Source: Enterobacter sp. BIGb0383 (lineage in GTDB: Bacteria; Pseudomonadota; Gammaproteobacteria; Enterobacterales; Enterobacteriaceae). From it: 64,000 nt of DNA. A program made the translations under genes and the position numbers. The notes under the pieces were generated by a model that made no database searches, was not told the DNA's origin, and saw only the letters and a list, made by a program, of their open reading frames with translations. Below, in pieces: positions 24,434 through 35,354 of this stretch. The stretch is from positions 1,460,668-1,524,667 of the forward strand of contig NZ_RJKQ01000002.1 of assembly GCF_003751845.1 (NCBI RefSeq). Direction: 5' to 3'. Numbering within the stretch: position 1 is the first letter of the stretch; each line of letters opens with the position of its first letter.

Positions 24434-25978
24434 ATGGATGTCGTTAAAAAGATGCGCTGGTGGCAAAGCGAGAGGCTGAAGTGGTCAGTGATAGCGTTGC
24501 TCGGCCTGTTAGTAGGCTATCTTGTGGTGCTGATGTACGCCCAGGGGGAATACCTGTTTGCCATCATGACGCTGATTTTAAGCTCGGTTGGCCTTTACAT
24601 TTTTGCCCGTCGTAAGGCCTACGCATGGCGCTATGTTTATCCCGGCGTCGCCGGAATGGGGCTGTTCGTCATCTTCCCGCTGATCTGTACCATCGCCATC
24701 GCCTTCACCAACTACAGCAGTACCAACCAGCTGACTTTCGAGCGCGCGCAGCAGGTGCTGCTGGACCGCACTTATCAGGCGGGCAAGACTTACAACTTTG
24801 GGATCTGGCCCGAGCGGGATAAATGGCGGCTGGCATTGAGCGATGGAGAGAGCGGTAAAAATTATATCTCCGACGCTTTTACCTTCGGCGGCGAGCAAAA
24901 ACTCCCGTTACGCGAATCCGCAGCCGTGCCTGAAGGAGAGCGCGCTAACCTTCGCGTAATCACCCAGAATCGACAGGCCCTGAATCAGATAACCGCCGTG
25001 CTGCCCGACGACAGCAACGTGGTGATGAGTTCTCTGCGTCAGTTTTCCGGCACCCGGCCGCTCTACCAGCTGGCGGAGAACGGAACCCTGACCAACAACC
25101 AGAGCGGCGTGCAATATCGCCCAAATAACACCACCGGCTTCTATCAGGCGCTGGCCGCGGATGAAAGCTGGGCCAGCGAAAAACTCAGCCCCGGCTATAC
25201 GGTCAGCATCGGCTGGGATAACTTTACCCGCGTCTTTACTGACGAAGGGATCCAGAAGCCCTTCCTCGCCATCTTTGCCTGGACGATAGTGTTCTCGGTG
25301 CTGACGGTGGTGCTCACCGTCGCCGTCGGCATGGTGCTGGCCTGCCTGGTACAGTGGGAAGCGCTGCGCGGCAAGGCGGTCTATCGGGTGCTGCTGATCC
25401 TGCCCTATGCCGTGCCTGCCTTTATCTCGATTCTGGTGTTTAAAGGACTGTTCAACCAGAGTTTCGGTGAGATCAATATGCTGCTGGGCACGCTGTTCGG
25501 GATCAAACCGGCCTGGTTTAGCGATCCCACCACCGCCCGCAGCATGATCGTGATCGTCAATACCTGGCTGGGTTACCCCTATATGATGATCCTCTGCATG
25601 GGCCTGCTGAAGGCGATCCCCGACGATCTGTATGAAGCTTCGGCAATGGACGGCGCCGGGCCGCTGCAAAACTTTTTCCGCATCACCTTCCCGCTGCTGA
25701 TCAAGCCGCTGACGCCGCTGATGATTGCCAGCTTCGCCTTTAACTTTAATAACTTCGTGCTTATCCAGCTCCTGACCAACGGCGGACCGGATCGTCTCGG
25801 CACAACCACGCCCGCAGGCTATACGGACCTGCTGGTGAACTACACCTGGCGTATCGCCTTCGAAGGCGGTGGCGGACAGGACTTCGGGCTGGCGGCGGCG
25901 ATCGCCACGCTGATCTTCCTGCTGGTTGGCGCCCTGGCTATCGTCAATCTTAAAGCCACGCGCATGAAGTTTGATTAA
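24434..25978 (+). CDS. malF: Maltose ABC transporter permease MalF
   Basis: 514 aa; MDVVKKMRWWQSERLKWSVIALLGLLVGYLVVLMYAQGEYLFAI...; EAA loop ...AMDGAGPLQNFFRITFPLL. Confidence 0.97.
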   Translation: MDVVKKMRWWQSERLKWSVIALLGLLVGYLVVLMYAQGEYLFAIMTLILSSVGLYIFARRKAYAWRYVYPGVAGMGLFVIFPLICTIAIAFTNYSSTNQLTFERAQQVLLDRTYQAGKTYNFGIWPERDKWRLALSDGESGKNYISDAFTFGGEQKLPLRESAAVPEGERANLRVITQNRQALNQITAVLPDDSNVVMSSLRQFSGTRPLYQLAENGTLTNNQSGVQYRPNNTTGFYQALAADESWASEKLSPGYTVSIGWDNFTRVFTDEGIQKPFLAIFAWTIVFSVLTVVLTVAVGMVLACLVQWEALRGKAVYRVLLILPYAVPAFISILVFKGLFNQSFGEINMLLGTLFGIKPAWFSDPTTARSMIVIVNTWLGYPYMMILCMGLLKAIPDDLYEASAMDGAGPLQNFFRITFPLLIKPLTPLMIASFAFNFNNFVLIQLLTNGGPDRLGTTTPAGYTDLLVNYTWRIAFEGGGGQDFGLAAAIATLIFLLVGALAIVNLKATRMKFD

Positions 25979-25990
25979 GGGGAAAAGACA

Positions 25991-26881
25991 ATGGCTATGG
26001 TGAGACCAAAATCGCAGAAGCTGCGCCTGCTGCTGACGCATCTGGGCCTGCTGCTCTTTATTGCGGCCATCATGTTCCCGCTGCTGATGGTGATTGCTAT
26101 CTCGCTCAGGAGCGGGAACTTTGCGACCGGAAGCCTGATCCCGGAGCAGATCTCCTGGGAGCACTGGCGTCTGGCATTAGGTTTTAGCGTTGAGCACGCT
26201 GACGGGCGGGTCACCCCGCCGCCCTTCCCGGTTCTGCTGTGGCTGTGGAACTCGGTAAAAATCGCCGGGATCACCGCGGCGGGTATCGTCACCCTCTCCA
26301 CCACCTGTGCCTACGCTTTCGCCCGTATGCGCTTTTCCGGCAAGGCGACCCTGCTGAAAGGGATGTTGATTTTCCAGATGTTCCCGGCGGTGCTTTCCCT
26401 GGTGGCGCTCTATGCCCTGTTCGACCGGCTTGGCCAGTACATTCCGTTTATTGGTCTTAATACGCACGGTGGGGTGATCTTCGCCTATCTTGGCGGTATC
26501 GCGCTGCATGTATGGACGATTAAGGGCTATTTCGAAACTATTGACGGTTCGCTGGAAGAAGCGGCGGCGCTGGATGGCGCAACGCCGTGGCAGGCCTTCA
26601 GGCTGGTATTGCTGCCGCTGTCAGTGCCGATCCTGGCTGTCGTCTTTATTCTGTCGTTTATCGCCGCCATCACCGAAGTCCCGGTGGCCTCGCTGCTGCT
26701 GCGGGACGTGGACAGCTACACCCTGGCGGTCGGGATGCAGCAATATCTGAACCCACAAAACTACCTGTGGGGCGATTTTGCCGCTGCGGCGGTACTCTCT
26801 GCCATTCCGATAACCCTGGTGTTCCTGCTGGCCCAGCGCTGGCTGGTTAATGGTCTGACGGCAGGCGGTGTGAAAGGTTAA
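25991..26881 (+). CDS. malG: Maltose ABC transporter permease MalG
   Basis: 296 aa; EAA motif [21 protein letters not shown]; same length as E. coli MalG. Confidence 0.97.
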   Translation: MAMVRPKSQKLRLLLTHLGLLLFIAAIMFPLLMVIAISLRSGNFATGSLIPEQISWEHWRLALGFSVEHADGRVTPPPFPVLLWLWNSVKIAGITAAGIVTLSTTCAYAFARMRFSGKATLLKGMLIFQMFPAVLSLVALYALFDRLGQYIPFIGLNTHGGVIFAYLGGIALHVWTIKGYFETIDGSLEEAAALDGATPWQAFRLVLLPLSVPILAVVFILSFIAAITEVPVASLLLRDVDSYTLAVGMQQYLNPQNYLWGDFAAAAVLSAIPITLVFLLAQRWLVNGLTAGGVKG

Positions 26882-26938
26882 GTTTCATCGTTAGAAAGCG
26901 GTAACCCTCAACTTTTATCCCTAACTTGTGATCGTTTT

Positions 26939-26968
26939 CAGGCGGCCTACGGGCCGCCCTTTTTTTAT
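26939..26968. terminator. Terminator after malG (overlaps the psiE stop on the opposite strand)
   Basis: GGCGGCC-TACG-GGCCGCC hairpin followed by TTTTTTTATT. Confidence 0.75.
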
Positions 26969-27375
26969 TCACGTTTCAGGCGTTTGGAGTTACATAGCCA
27001 GAGCGTGATCACCAGCAGCAGGATCGCTCCGGAGTAGATCAGCACATCCATCGGTGAGGTGTGATCGACGATGATCAGTCGGACGATCGCCGTGATACCG
27101 ATATAGATAAAGTAGCGCAGCGGGAAGTGATAGCCTGACTGAAAATACTTCACAATCAGCGCGATGAACTCAAAGTACAGAAAATAAACCACGAGTCCTT
27201 CCACCAGCTCATACTTGCTGGTCTGCACCGGCGCAAACAGTACGTCCGCCAGATGCAGCGTCTCTTTGCCGAGAAAGACGACCAGGATCAGCCCCAGACT
27301 CAGCAGGCCAAGGTTGAGCACGGTCTGTAGAATCGTTGAGATAAACTCAACGCGTGGACGGGGCAGCGACGTCAT
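26965..27375 (-). CDS. psiE: Phosphate-starvation-inducible protein PsiE
   Basis: 136 aa from ATG 27375 ([25 protein letters not shown]...) matching E. coli PsiE; GAGGTG RBS. Confidence 0.93.
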   Translation of the reverse strand: MTSLPRPRVEFISTILQTVLNLGLLSLGLILVVFLGKETLHLADVLFAPVQTSKYELVEGLVVYFLYFEFIALIVKYFQSGYHFPLRYFIYIGITAIVRLIIVDHTSPMDVLIYSGAILLLVITLWLCNSKRLKRE

Positions 27376-27493
27376 AAAACACCTCATTCTCTGTGGCTAG
27401 CCTTCTGTATAGCGCAAAGATGTGATCCAGATCTACATTTTTTGCTTATATCTTGTTCATGCTGCTCACTCGCTTACCCAGGGATGAAAAACT

Positions 27494-28006
27494 ATGATGA
27501 CGCTCCGCGATGCACGGCCGGAAGATGCCCCGCTGCTCAGTGAAATGGGCTTTACCAGCTACCGCCACCATTTTGCCCATTTATGGGTTTCGCCCGCTGA
27601 GCTGGCTACCTTTCTGAGTCAGGAGTATGGCGTTGATGCCCTTGTGCACAGCCTCGCCGGAAGTACCAGTCACTGGCTTATCGCTGCAGATAATGAGCGA
27701 CCGGTGGGTTTTGCGAAGTATTCCTGCCATCAGCCGATTGATCCACAGGGGCCAACCGGCACCCTACTCCACAAGCTCTATCTTCTGCCCGATGAGACGG
27801 GAAAAGGTTATGGCGAAGAGATCATCACCGGGGTCATTCAGCGGGCCAAAATCGAGGGCGATAGTTGGCTATGGCTGGAAGTCCTGTCCAGCAATCCCCA
27901 GGCCAGGCGTTTTTACCAGCGCCAGGGCATGGTGCATCTAAAAGACACCCTATTCAGCACCGCCTCACAACAAAGCACGCTACATATTCTGGGAATGGAA
28001 ATTTAG
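27494..28006 (+). CDS. GNAT-family N-acetyltransferase, 170 aa
   Basis: Acetyl-CoA binding motif region ...LYLLPDETGKGYGEEII... (Q/RxxGxG/A) and overall GNAT fold length. Confidence 0.7.
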   Translation: MMTLRDARPEDAPLLSEMGFTSYRHHFAHLWVSPAELATFLSQEYGVDALVHSLAGSTSHWLIAADNERPVGFAKYSCHQPIDPQGPTGTLLHKLYLLPDETGKGYGEEIITGVIQRAKIEGDSWLWLEVLSSNPQARRFYQRQGMVHLKDTLFSTASQQSTLHILGMEI

Positions 28007-28247
28007 CGACGGCGCCGCCAATAATTAAGATTATCCTTAGTAATAAATAAATGCCAACGACAAAACAATAGGAATAATAGTAAATTCCGGCCCAATATTG
28101 GCAGTTGCTGACGCGGACATCGATATATTATTATCGCCGCCCGCGTCGGCACGCTGTCAAAATATTTACGTGCGGACCACGATCGAGAAAACTATTTCGA
28201 CCTTACGTTATTAATTTATTATTCCCCGTCCAAAAGGAACTGACTCA

Positions 28248-28805
28248 ATGAAAAAAATCACTCTCGCTATCTTGCTGACCGCAGGAATGAGCAGCGGCGC
28301 GGTGCTGGCTGATGACCATACATTCTCTGTCGGCTATGCGCAGAGCAAAGTCCAGGACTTTAAAAATATTCGTGGTGTGAATCTGCAGTATCGCTATGAA
28401 TTTGACTCTCCGGTTAGCATCGTCGGTTCTTTTACCTGGATGAAAGGGGATGAGAGTGTCAGCGAGTACGATGAGCAGGACCTTATCAGCAGTCAGGTTG
28501 ACGTGGACTATTACTCACTGATGGCCGGCCCGGCTTACCGCGTTAATGACTATGTGTCCTTCTATGCCCTCGGCGGTGTTGCACATACCAAAGCCAGCGG
28601 CTCTTACCGGGTGGATTACGATGATGGCTTCACCGAAGGCGGAAGCCTTGACGGGAAATCAACCAACTTCGCCTGGGGCGCCGGTATTATCGTGAACCCG
28701 ATGACAAACTTATCCATCACTGCAGGATATGAAGGCACTAAAGCCAACCTCGATGGTAACCACAGCATCAATGGCTTTAATGTCGGCGTGGGCTATCGTT
28801 TCTGA
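28248..28805 (+). CDS. Ail/Lom/OmpX-family outer-membrane beta-barrel protein
   Basis: 185 aa, signal peptide MKKITLAILLTAGMSSGAVLA, ...GYAQSKVQDF...GFNVGVGYRF C-terminal strand typical of OmpX/PagC/Ail. Confidence 0.85.
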   Translation: MKKITLAILLTAGMSSGAVLADDHTFSVGYAQSKVQDFKNIRGVNLQYRYEFDSPVSIVGSFTWMKGDESVSEYDEQDLISSQVDVDYYSLMAGPAYRVNDYVSFYALGGVAHTKASGSYRVDYDDGFTEGGSLDGKSTNFAWGAGIIVNPMTNLSITAGYEGTKANLDGNHSINGFNVGVGYRF

Positions 28806-28812
28806 TAAATTT

Positions 28813-28837
28813 CAGCCGGGCTAATGTGCCCGGCTGC
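28813..28837 (+). terminator. Hairpin downstream of the ail-like gene
   Basis: CAGCCGGGC-TAATGTG-GCCCGGCTG perfect stem; weak T tract. Confidence 0.5.
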
Positions 28838-28874
28838 ATTGATATATGCCTGTGTGTCGAATCGAGGAAATAGA

Positions 28875-29180
28875 TTATTTCTTGTCCTTTTTATTCAAGA
28901 AATTTTCCGCCTGCGAGATTGCAATCATGGCAATCTTGACGATCAGCACACTGCTAATAAACGCCCCCATCGATCGACCAATATGGACAGAGCCTGGCAG
29001 GTATGAATCCAGCAGCGATACGGCGGTGTCCGCACCTTCAATCCCCATAAAAAATGAAGTCATAAAAATAATACATTTTTTTCGACCATCAAAATTACGC
29101 TGGATAAGCGTATAAAGCGCAGCCCCTGAGAAAGCGGCAGCGATAACCGAATCATAAAACTTATCAAAAGAGTGAATCAT
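28875..29180 (-). CDS. Holin-like small membrane protein (3 TM segments, charged C-tail), 101 aa
   Basis: ATG 29180 with AAGGGG RBS; hydrophobic segments SVIAAAFSGAALYTLI / CIIFMTSFFMGI / MGAFISSVLIVKIAMIAI and C-terminal NKKDKK; directly downstream of the chitinase gene. Confidence 0.55.
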   Translation of the reverse strand: MIHSFDKFYDSVIAAAFSGAALYTLIQRNFDGRKKCIIFMTSFFMGIEGADTAVSLLDSYLPGSVHIGRSMGAFISSVLIVKIAMIAISQAENFLNKKDKK

Positions 29181-29285
29181 CTTAGGGCCCCTTCGCTTTA
29201 TATAAAACGGCCAGGAAAATGAGTACAAACAGCAACCCTGTGCTTCATCTGGCGCAGAAAACGCTGAGGGATCAAGGCAGGAGGA

Positions 29286-30392
29286 TCAGCAGGGATTCCA
29301 GAGTCTGCTCGCTCTTTCCGGGGTCCAGAAGATATCGGAGTCGTGCGGCATGACGCAGATCCACTCTTTCCCGTTCCAGCAAACAACGTCGGCATCGGTG
29401 TAGTACAATCCCGGCCTCCATTCAGGCACATCCGGCACCGGAGGCGGAGTCATTTTTCCCCCCATCAGGCCGCCGTAACGTCGGATAAATTCCCAGCTAT
29501 AGGCCTCGCCACCGGCGCTTGTGCCCGCATCCCAGTTGACCGACCATGCCATTAATCCACGAATCGATAGGCCTTTCGCTTTCAGGCGCGCCAGTGCGTT
29601 TTTCATATCCTGAGGCTCGACAACATAGCCCGTTGCCGCTGCATCACTGTTTGCTGGCAATCCGATAATCAGTTTTTCATGAGGGATCTGAATAAAATTG
29701 CGGGTCCCGGTAAGCAGACTTTCGGTCAGGTAGTAGAGGAAATTTTCCTTCGTGGCATGGCTGTTTTGTACAATCCAGCCCACATCATCAACCAGCACAC
29801 CCTCACCGCCCTGGTTATAATATTGCGGCACCATAACGTCATAATACCCTTCCAGCGCATTAATCCAGGACACATACTCACTCTCAAGGGTCAGAAAAGG
29901 AAATGCCGGGCTCATGCTGATCATAAAACGTTGCCCAAGGGCGCGGTAGTAATCCTTGACCATCCGCAAAGCAGCAGGGATCACCGTCCTGTTGTCCGCC
30001 GCAGTCATCGCCTTTTTCTCGAGAGCGATATCCAGACCATCAAAGCTGAATTTATCGACCAGCGCCTTAATCCGCGTCGCCAGCGCCAGCTCATCTCCGG
30101 CATGTAATTCGATATGCGCTTCTGCACCGCCCAAAGAGATGATGACCTTGCGCCCCTGATTGTGCAGTACTTCAATTTGCTGACGAAACTCAGACTCCGT
30201 TCCTTTGTACGGTTTAAAGTCAGGAACAGGATCCTCACTGCCGTCGATGACGTTCATAAAAGCGACGGCGATCACATTATATTCCTGCGGGATATCCGTG
30301 AGCGTCACTTCCCTGGATTTGCCCCCGCAGCAACCCTGTTCTGATGAGGATGGCCAGTTATGCCAGAATCCCATCATAATATTTTCATTCAT
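29286..30392 (-). CDS. GH18 chitinase with C-terminal chitin-binding (CBM5/12-like) domain, no signal peptide, 368 aa
   Basis: GH18 catalytic-region motif FDGLDIALE (DGxDxDxE variant), ...SLGG...; C-terminal WRPGLYYTDADVVCWNGKEWICVM aromatic module; N-terminus MNENIMMGFWHNWPSS lacks a Sec signal; ATG 30392 with GAGG RBS (ORF-track start is TTG). Confidence 0.75.
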   Translation of the reverse strand: MNENIMMGFWHNWPSSSEQGCCGGKSREVTLTDIPQEYNVIAVAFMNVIDGSEDPVPDFKPYKGTESEFRQQIEVLHNQGRKVIISLGGAEAHIELHAGDELALATRIKALVDKFSFDGLDIALEKKAMTAADNRTVIPAALRMVKDYYRALGQRFMISMSPAFPFLTLESEYVSWINALEGYYDVMVPQYYNQGGEGVLVDDVGWIVQNSHATKENFLYYLTESLLTGTRNFIQIPHEKLIIGLPANSDAAATGYVVEPQDMKNALARLKAKGLSIRGLMAWSVNWDAGTSAGGEAYSWEFIRRYGGLMGGKMTPPPVPDVPEWRPGLYYTDADVVCWNGKEWICVMPHDSDIFWTPERASRLWNPC

Positions 30393-30646
30393 ATAGAGCC
30401 TCAAATAGAATTATTTATTTTACATTTGTATTTAACGCCTTTAATCCTGACATCAGATTTTTGATGAAGTCCAGATGATTATTCCTCGATATGCAGCATA
30501 AGCCAAATTCAAAAAAGACAATTGGCCAGTGCAAAAATTAGCAGAAGAATAAAAAATAATCTTTTTCATTTTGCTTTAATATTCGTTTATTGATTTTCCT
30601 TTCGACATCACATCATCATGACCGGAATCTATTTTTTTCCATATAA

Positions 30647-31528
30647 ATGAGGGTCATAAAATTGCTGACATCCCGAACTCTTGAATCATTTATAGAAGTC
30701 GCAAAAAAAAAGAATATAAAAACCGCATCCACATCTCTTAATCTGACCGCTTCACCCGTCTCCCGAAGGATAAAAATTCTTGAAAACTGGGTCGGCTTTA
30801 AACTTTTTGTCAGAATGCAAAACGATTTTGTACTGACGGAGAAGGGGCGCGCCTTTTATGAGGATATCCTTCCCTGCCATGAACAAATGGCCGTTCTTGA
30901 GAAGACCTACAAGAGTAAAAAATGCGATGAAAATAAAATAAAATCGCTAAAAATCGGCATAGAACTGCTGAGTCAGTCGGTGATAAAGAAGTTTATCGAA
31001 TATTTCAGAGGAAATAAAGAAGTCAATCATGTGCTATATTATGAATGCAATAAAGACACTGCGCTTGATAAACTACTGGCAGAGGACATTGAATTATTGT
31101 TCTCGCACAGGGTTATTCGTCATGAACGCATCTCTTTTATGGAACTCAACTCAGAACCTTTATGGCTAACGTACCATAACGATCTCGAAAGAAAAATAAA
31201 AGATAAAAGCATCGAAACCATTTTCATCATCGAACAAAAAACTATTGATCAGGATAACCTGAATAAAATATCGAACTATATTTGCACGTCATACCCTAAT
31301 GCCGACATCCTCATTGTTAATAGTTTCATTCCCTATCTTAACCTGATTGAATCAGGCAATGCCGCTTTTATTATTAATGAAACATCCCCTTTAGCCAACA
31401 AACAACACAAAAACACTCCAGTACCCTCACCCATGAATAAAGTGAAGGTCAATATTAGTCTGAAAACGCATGTTTATTTTCTTAAAGACAATGAAGATAT
31501 CTCAAGACAGGTTGCCGAGATAGTGTAA
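30647..31528 (+). CDS. LysR-family transcriptional regulator (divergent from the chitinase gene)
   Basis: N-terminal LysR HTH ...ASTSLNLTASPVSRRIKILENWVGFKLFVR...; 293 aa; AT-rich codon usage unlike flanking genes. Confidence 0.8.
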   Translation: MRVIKLLTSRTLESFIEVAKKKNIKTASTSLNLTASPVSRRIKILENWVGFKLFVRMQNDFVLTEKGRAFYEDILPCHEQMAVLEKTYKSKKCDENKIKSLKIGIELLSQSVIKKFIEYFRGNKEVNHVLYYECNKDTALDKLLAEDIELLFSHRVIRHERISFMELNSEPLWLTYHNDLERKIKDKSIETIFIIEQKTIDQDNLNKISNYICTSYPNADILIVNSFIPYLNLIESGNAAFIINETSPLANKQHKNTPVPSPMNKVKVNISLKTHVYFLKDNEDISRQVAEIV

Positions 31529-31544
31529 AAGACGCCATAACGGC

Positions 31545-31568
31545 ATCTGCCCCACTTCCGGGGCAGAT
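31545..31568. terminator. Bidirectional hairpin terminator between the lysR-like gene and yjbH
   Basis: ATCTGCCCC-ACTTCC-GGGGCAGAT perfect 9-bp stem. Confidence 0.6.
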
Positions 31569-31578
31569 ACCGTATTCG

Positions 31579-33675
31579 TTAGCGGAAATTGATACTCTTA
31601 TCGCTGGTGAGATCATAGAGGTCAAATTTACGACCCAGTTTCTGGCCACCGTCACGCGTCAGCGGCGTCCAGCCAATCGCCGCCCGACTGCGGGTCGGGC
31701 CGGACGTGAAGAGATCCAGCGGCACGGAAACGTAGACGCCTTTGGTAAAATCGCCTTCCCCGTACTGTTCCGCCGAGACGTTGGTGATAGTGGCGTAAGC
31801 GCCAACCACTACGCCGCTGTCAAAGTGCTTCATCACCTCCAGAGTGCCGCCCTTATCACCCGCCAGATACTGCCCTACACTCGCTTTAATCAAGACATTA
31901 TCCGCGAAGGAAGGATTCCAGTAAGCGGTAAAGTGGCCGGTTTTCACGCTGTAGTCAGTGAATTTCATCATCTCTTTCGCACTGTGCCAGTCACGCTGTT
32001 TCACATAGTTGGCATCAATGCCGAAGGCCCAGTTACCGTCTACCGGACGCCACAGCAGTTCAGCTCCCGCGCCGCCGTACATGGTTTCCAGATAGCCGCC
32101 GTAAACCTGCCCGTAAAAGTTATTCCCCAGATACTGGAAATAGTTGGCCTGCAGGTTATTCACGTAAATGTCGTTACCTACATACTCGCGCACGTAGGTA
32201 CGCACACGCGGCAGGGCGGAATCCGTTGGCGGGTTGGTATAGTTAAATTTACCGTAGTTGTTTTTCAGGTTGGCAAAAAGACTACCGGTGGTCAGCAGAT
32301 GGTCGGTCACCCACCAGTCCGCAGTGCCCATAACCCCGAGCTGGTACATATAGAAGCTTTCCGGTCCACCGATAGACTGGTTAAGGACCGGATCAAAATG
32401 GTAATCGAAGCTTTTCTTATCGATATACCAGCCCTGCTCCGTCGTATCCGGGACAACAGGCGTCACGCGCTGCTGCACCAGTTCGGTTTCATGCCCCAGC
32501 GGCTCACCTTCCAGATGGCGCTTCAGACTATCCACGTCCACCTCCGTGGTCACCTGAGGCATATTCAGGCGGTTCTCGGTAATGCGCAGCGTGTGAACCC
32601 CGTCCGGCAGATCGTTCATCATGATGCGCTTCGCACGTTCGATGCCTTCCTGCGACTCACGATATTTCACCTGCTCACCGGTGACGTACAGCGTGTGATC
32701 GTTAACTTCCACTTTCGGATCGGCGAGCCCCGCGTTGTATTTCAGCAGGGTCAACTGATTAGCTACTACCGTGTGCTGCAGGATGGCATCCTGCTCCTGA
32801 GGCTGGTACTGCGGACGGGCATTATCGTTATAGCTCGGGCGTAAATCGTTGAAGTTGGTACGCAAGGTGAAGCCAAACATCACCGTATTGCCCCGCTCGT
32901 AACTCAGGTTGACGTCCGCCCAGTCGGCCACCCGGTAGATGGCCCCGACGTTAAAATTGCTGCGCTGCGGGAGCTTGCCGGCAAAGTCCTGCTGATAGTT
33001 GTTGCCTTCATACTCCAGCTTCAGGCGCAGCGGCTGCCACGGCGTCTGATACTCTACCCCGCCAAACAGCGAAGCGGGACCATGAAACATCTGGCTGCTG
33101 TCGATAGAGCCGGCCTGACCGTAGCTGTTGTCACGGTAGCAGTACTTTTGGCTGTAGCTGCACAGCGGGTTAGAAATATTGCCAGACGTTCCCAGATAGC
33201 CCCAGCCCAGACCGAGAGAGAAATCAAACGGTCCCCAGGCTTTATTCGCCACGATATACTCGGCATCGAACAGGCCAGTACCGCCGATATCGCGCGCGCC
33301 GACGGCAACCTGCGGCAGCCAGTATCCCTCTTCCCACAGCCGCAGTTTGAGGTCGAAAGCTTTATCTTTATAGCTCTGATTGCCGGAGAAGGCGTCAACG
33401 GAGCTGTACTGGCGGGTTCGCACATCCGTATAGCGTAGGGAGGTTTCCAGCCACGGGAACAGCTGGATCGACGCGGAATAGTAGCGATACTGATCGTTAT
33501 CGCGATAGTTAAGGCTCAGCTCGCCGTCTCGTGCCATCCGCGCGGTCGGCGTCTGCAGCAGGCCGACTCCACCGAAATCAGACTGAGAGGGGCCCACCGG
33601 AGCCGGATACGTCTCAGCATGGCAGGCGACGCTTACACCCAGCGCCAGCAGACTATAGAGGTATGTTTTCTTCAT
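31579..33675 (-). CDS. yjbH: YjbH outer-membrane protein (GfcD paralog) of the yjbEFGH exopolysaccharide operon
   Basis: 698 aa with signal peptide [20 protein letters not shown]; conserved gene order yjbE-F-G-H next to pgi as in E. coli. Confidence 0.9.
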   Translation of the reverse strand: MKKTYLYSLLALGVSVACHAETYPAPVGPSQSDFGGVGLLQTPTARMARDGELSLNYRDNDQYRYYSASIQLFPWLETSLRYTDVRTRQYSSVDAFSGNQSYKDKAFDLKLRLWEEGYWLPQVAVGARDIGGTGLFDAEYIVANKAWGPFDFSLGLGWGYLGTSGNISNPLCSYSQKYCYRDNSYGQAGSIDSSQMFHGPASLFGGVEYQTPWQPLRLKLEYEGNNYQQDFAGKLPQRSNFNVGAIYRVADWADVNLSYERGNTVMFGFTLRTNFNDLRPSYNDNARPQYQPQEQDAILQHTVVANQLTLLKYNAGLADPKVEVNDHTLYVTGEQVKYRESQEGIERAKRIMMNDLPDGVHTLRITENRLNMPQVTTEVDVDSLKRHLEGEPLGHETELVQQRVTPVVPDTTEQGWYIDKKSFDYHFDPVLNQSIGGPESFYMYQLGVMGTADWWVTDHLLTTGSLFANLKNNYGKFNYTNPPTDSALPRVRTYVREYVGNDIYVNNLQANYFQYLGNNFYGQVYGGYLETMYGGAGAELLWRPVDGNWAFGIDANYVKQRDWHSAKEMMKFTDYSVKTGHFTAYWNPSFADNVLIKASVGQYLAGDKGGTLEVMKHFDSGVVVGAYATITNVSAEQYGEGDFTKGVYVSVPLDLFTSGPTRSRAAIGWTPLTRDGGQKLGRKFDLYDLTSDKSINFR

Positions 33676-34413
33676 TTAATCCGGTATCCGATGCGTCAGG
33701 GAGTGAAGAATGTCGGCGTTCAGCGCTTCCCATTTGTTAGTCCACAGCGAGTCGCCGAATCCCACAAAAATGACGCTGCCAGGCATAGGCTCGACGTGGC
33801 GTTTATTCCAGTAGGCCACGGGCACCTTCTGCGTCCTGCCATCTGGATACACCACCCAGGCATAGCTTCGCTCGGCCCCGCTTAGCAGGTCCATCTCATC
33901 GAGGTAGTCCGCCACGTCACGGCCTGGCGTAAATGGTTTTTTGCCCGGCCCGCTGATAAGCCCCACGACGGTAACGGTCGATGGCTGTGGCCCCACCCAC
34001 AGGGTGTATTCACCCTGCAGTGGCGGATTGGTCCTGGGTCGGACCCGGACCACATCAGGATCGAGCGGCACAAGCTGCCTGCCCGTGACCTTAATCGCCT
34101 CAAGCTGACGGCGCAGCGCCTGAATGGCCGCGCCATCGTCACCGCCCTCTTCGGTGGCAAGCGAGCCGAGCTGCGTCAGCAGCGCCTGATGCCGCTTTTC
34201 CGCCACCGCCGTTGCCTGGCGTTCGGCGATAACCGCGCCAGGCCACCAGCTTTCCGCCAGCCGGGGCTGGGCGACCAGATCGACCAGACGCTCGGCGCCG
34301 GTCAGTTTGATGGGTTCTTTGCTGTCTGCGGTAAAGACCTCAACGTTGCCAGCGGCAAAGGCCGTCGATGAGGCAAAAAGAGAAAAGAGCAGTGCTGCCG
34401 GTATTATTTTCAT
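33676..34413 (-). CDS. yjbG: YjbG (GfcC paralog) periplasmic protein
   Basis: 245 aa, signal peptide MKIIPAALLFSLFASSTAFA; stop abuts the yjbH start. Confidence 0.88.
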   Translation of the reverse strand: MKIIPAALLFSLFASSTAFAAGNVEVFTADSKEPIKLTGAERLVDLVAQPRLAESWWPGAVIAERQATAVAEKRHQALLTQLGSLATEEGGDDGAAIQALRRQLEAIKVTGRQLVPLDPDVVRVRPRTNPPLQGEYTLWVGPQPSTVTVVGLISGPGKKPFTPGRDVADYLDEMDLLSGAERSYAWVVYPDGRTQKVPVAYWNKRHVEPMPGSVIFVGFGDSLWTNKWEALNADILHSLTHRIPD

Positions 34414-35048
34414 TCTTTGGCCGCCTTAATCAGCGTGGTCTCAACCGGGAAGTAATCCGCCCCTAAATACTGTCTGGACTGGCGGATTTGCCCTTCGCTG
34501 TCAACCCAGTAACGGTTGGTCCAGCTGGCGTTATCCGTTGAAACTTCCTCTTCAAGCACGCGAACCTCGGTGACATCGCTGCCGAGCGTCAGGGTATCGG
34601 TACCGTCCCAGCGAAACACGGAGCGGGCCGTGGCATAGCGCACCTGCTGATATTCGGTCCAGCCCATCGTGCGGACCCATTCGGCCCCATCGATAATTTG
34701 ATTCGGTTTCGCCAGGGGATCGGCCGCAATGTTGTTGACCTCAATCAGATTGTCACCGGGCAGTCGCGTTTTTACGATACGACCACGCTGGGTCACAATG
34801 GTCGCTCTGTCCTGCGTCACCCATTTCTGCTGCCCGTTTTCCGAGAACGCGAGCACCACAAACAGCTGTGGGCCGTTGTTAAGCTGCATGTACTGGCTGG
34901 CGTAGGGCATGTTGAGAATATCGTCATCGGTGAGCTGTATACCGTCTGCGCCAAACAGGCTTTCCCGAAGGGAATGTCCAAGACCTTGAGTGGAATCCGA
35001 GCATGCCTGAAGTAGCAGGCAAAGCAGAATGATTGCGGGTCGCTTCAC
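34410..35048 (-). CDS. yjbF: YjbF lipoprotein (GfcB paralog), GTG start
   Basis: 212 aa from GTG 35048 (M)KRPAIILLCLLLQAC lipobox; matches E. coli YjbF MKRPALILICLLLQAC; GGAGAAGAG RBS; overlaps the yjbG start by 4 nt. Confidence 0.85.
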   Translation of the reverse strand: MKRPAIILLCLLLQACSDSTQGLGHSLRESLFGADGIQLTDDDILNMPYASQYMQLNNGPQLFVVLAFSENGQQKWVTQDRATIVTQRGRIVKTRLPGDNLIEVNNIAADPLAKPNQIIDGAEWVRTMGWTEYQQVRYATARSVFRWDGTDTLTLGSDVTEVRVLEEEVSTDNASWTNRYWVDSEGQIRQSRQYLGADYFPVETTLIKAAKE

Positions 35049-35111
35049 GACTCTTCTCCAGAGGGGCAAAATAACCACACCGAAGTGTGGTTATGGTTAA
35101 TATCCCCGTAA

Positions 35112-35354
35112 TTACCGGGTACTGGTTGTTGTGGTGGTCGTGGTTCCGGTATTGGAACCATCACCGCCACCGGTAGCCGCCAGGGCGACACCGACTGCTG
35201 AACCTACGGTGCTGGCGCTGGTTGCCGAAGAACTACCGGCAGACACAGACGTCGCTGCCGACCCTGCTGCTTCACCAACCTGAACCGGTGCTGCATAGAC
35301 AGAAGTCGCCGCAAGCGCAGCTATGGCAAAAATGCCATACAGTGCTTTTTTCAT
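35112..35354 (-). CDS. yjbE: YjbE secreted Ser/Thr-rich small protein
   Basis: 80 aa, [48 protein letters not shown]...[10 protein letters not shown] near-identical to E. coli YjbE. Confidence 0.9.
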   Translation of the reverse strand: MKKALYGIFAIAALAATSVYAAPVQVGEAAGSAATSVSAGSSSATSASTVGSAVGVALAATGGGDGSNTGTTTTTTTSTR

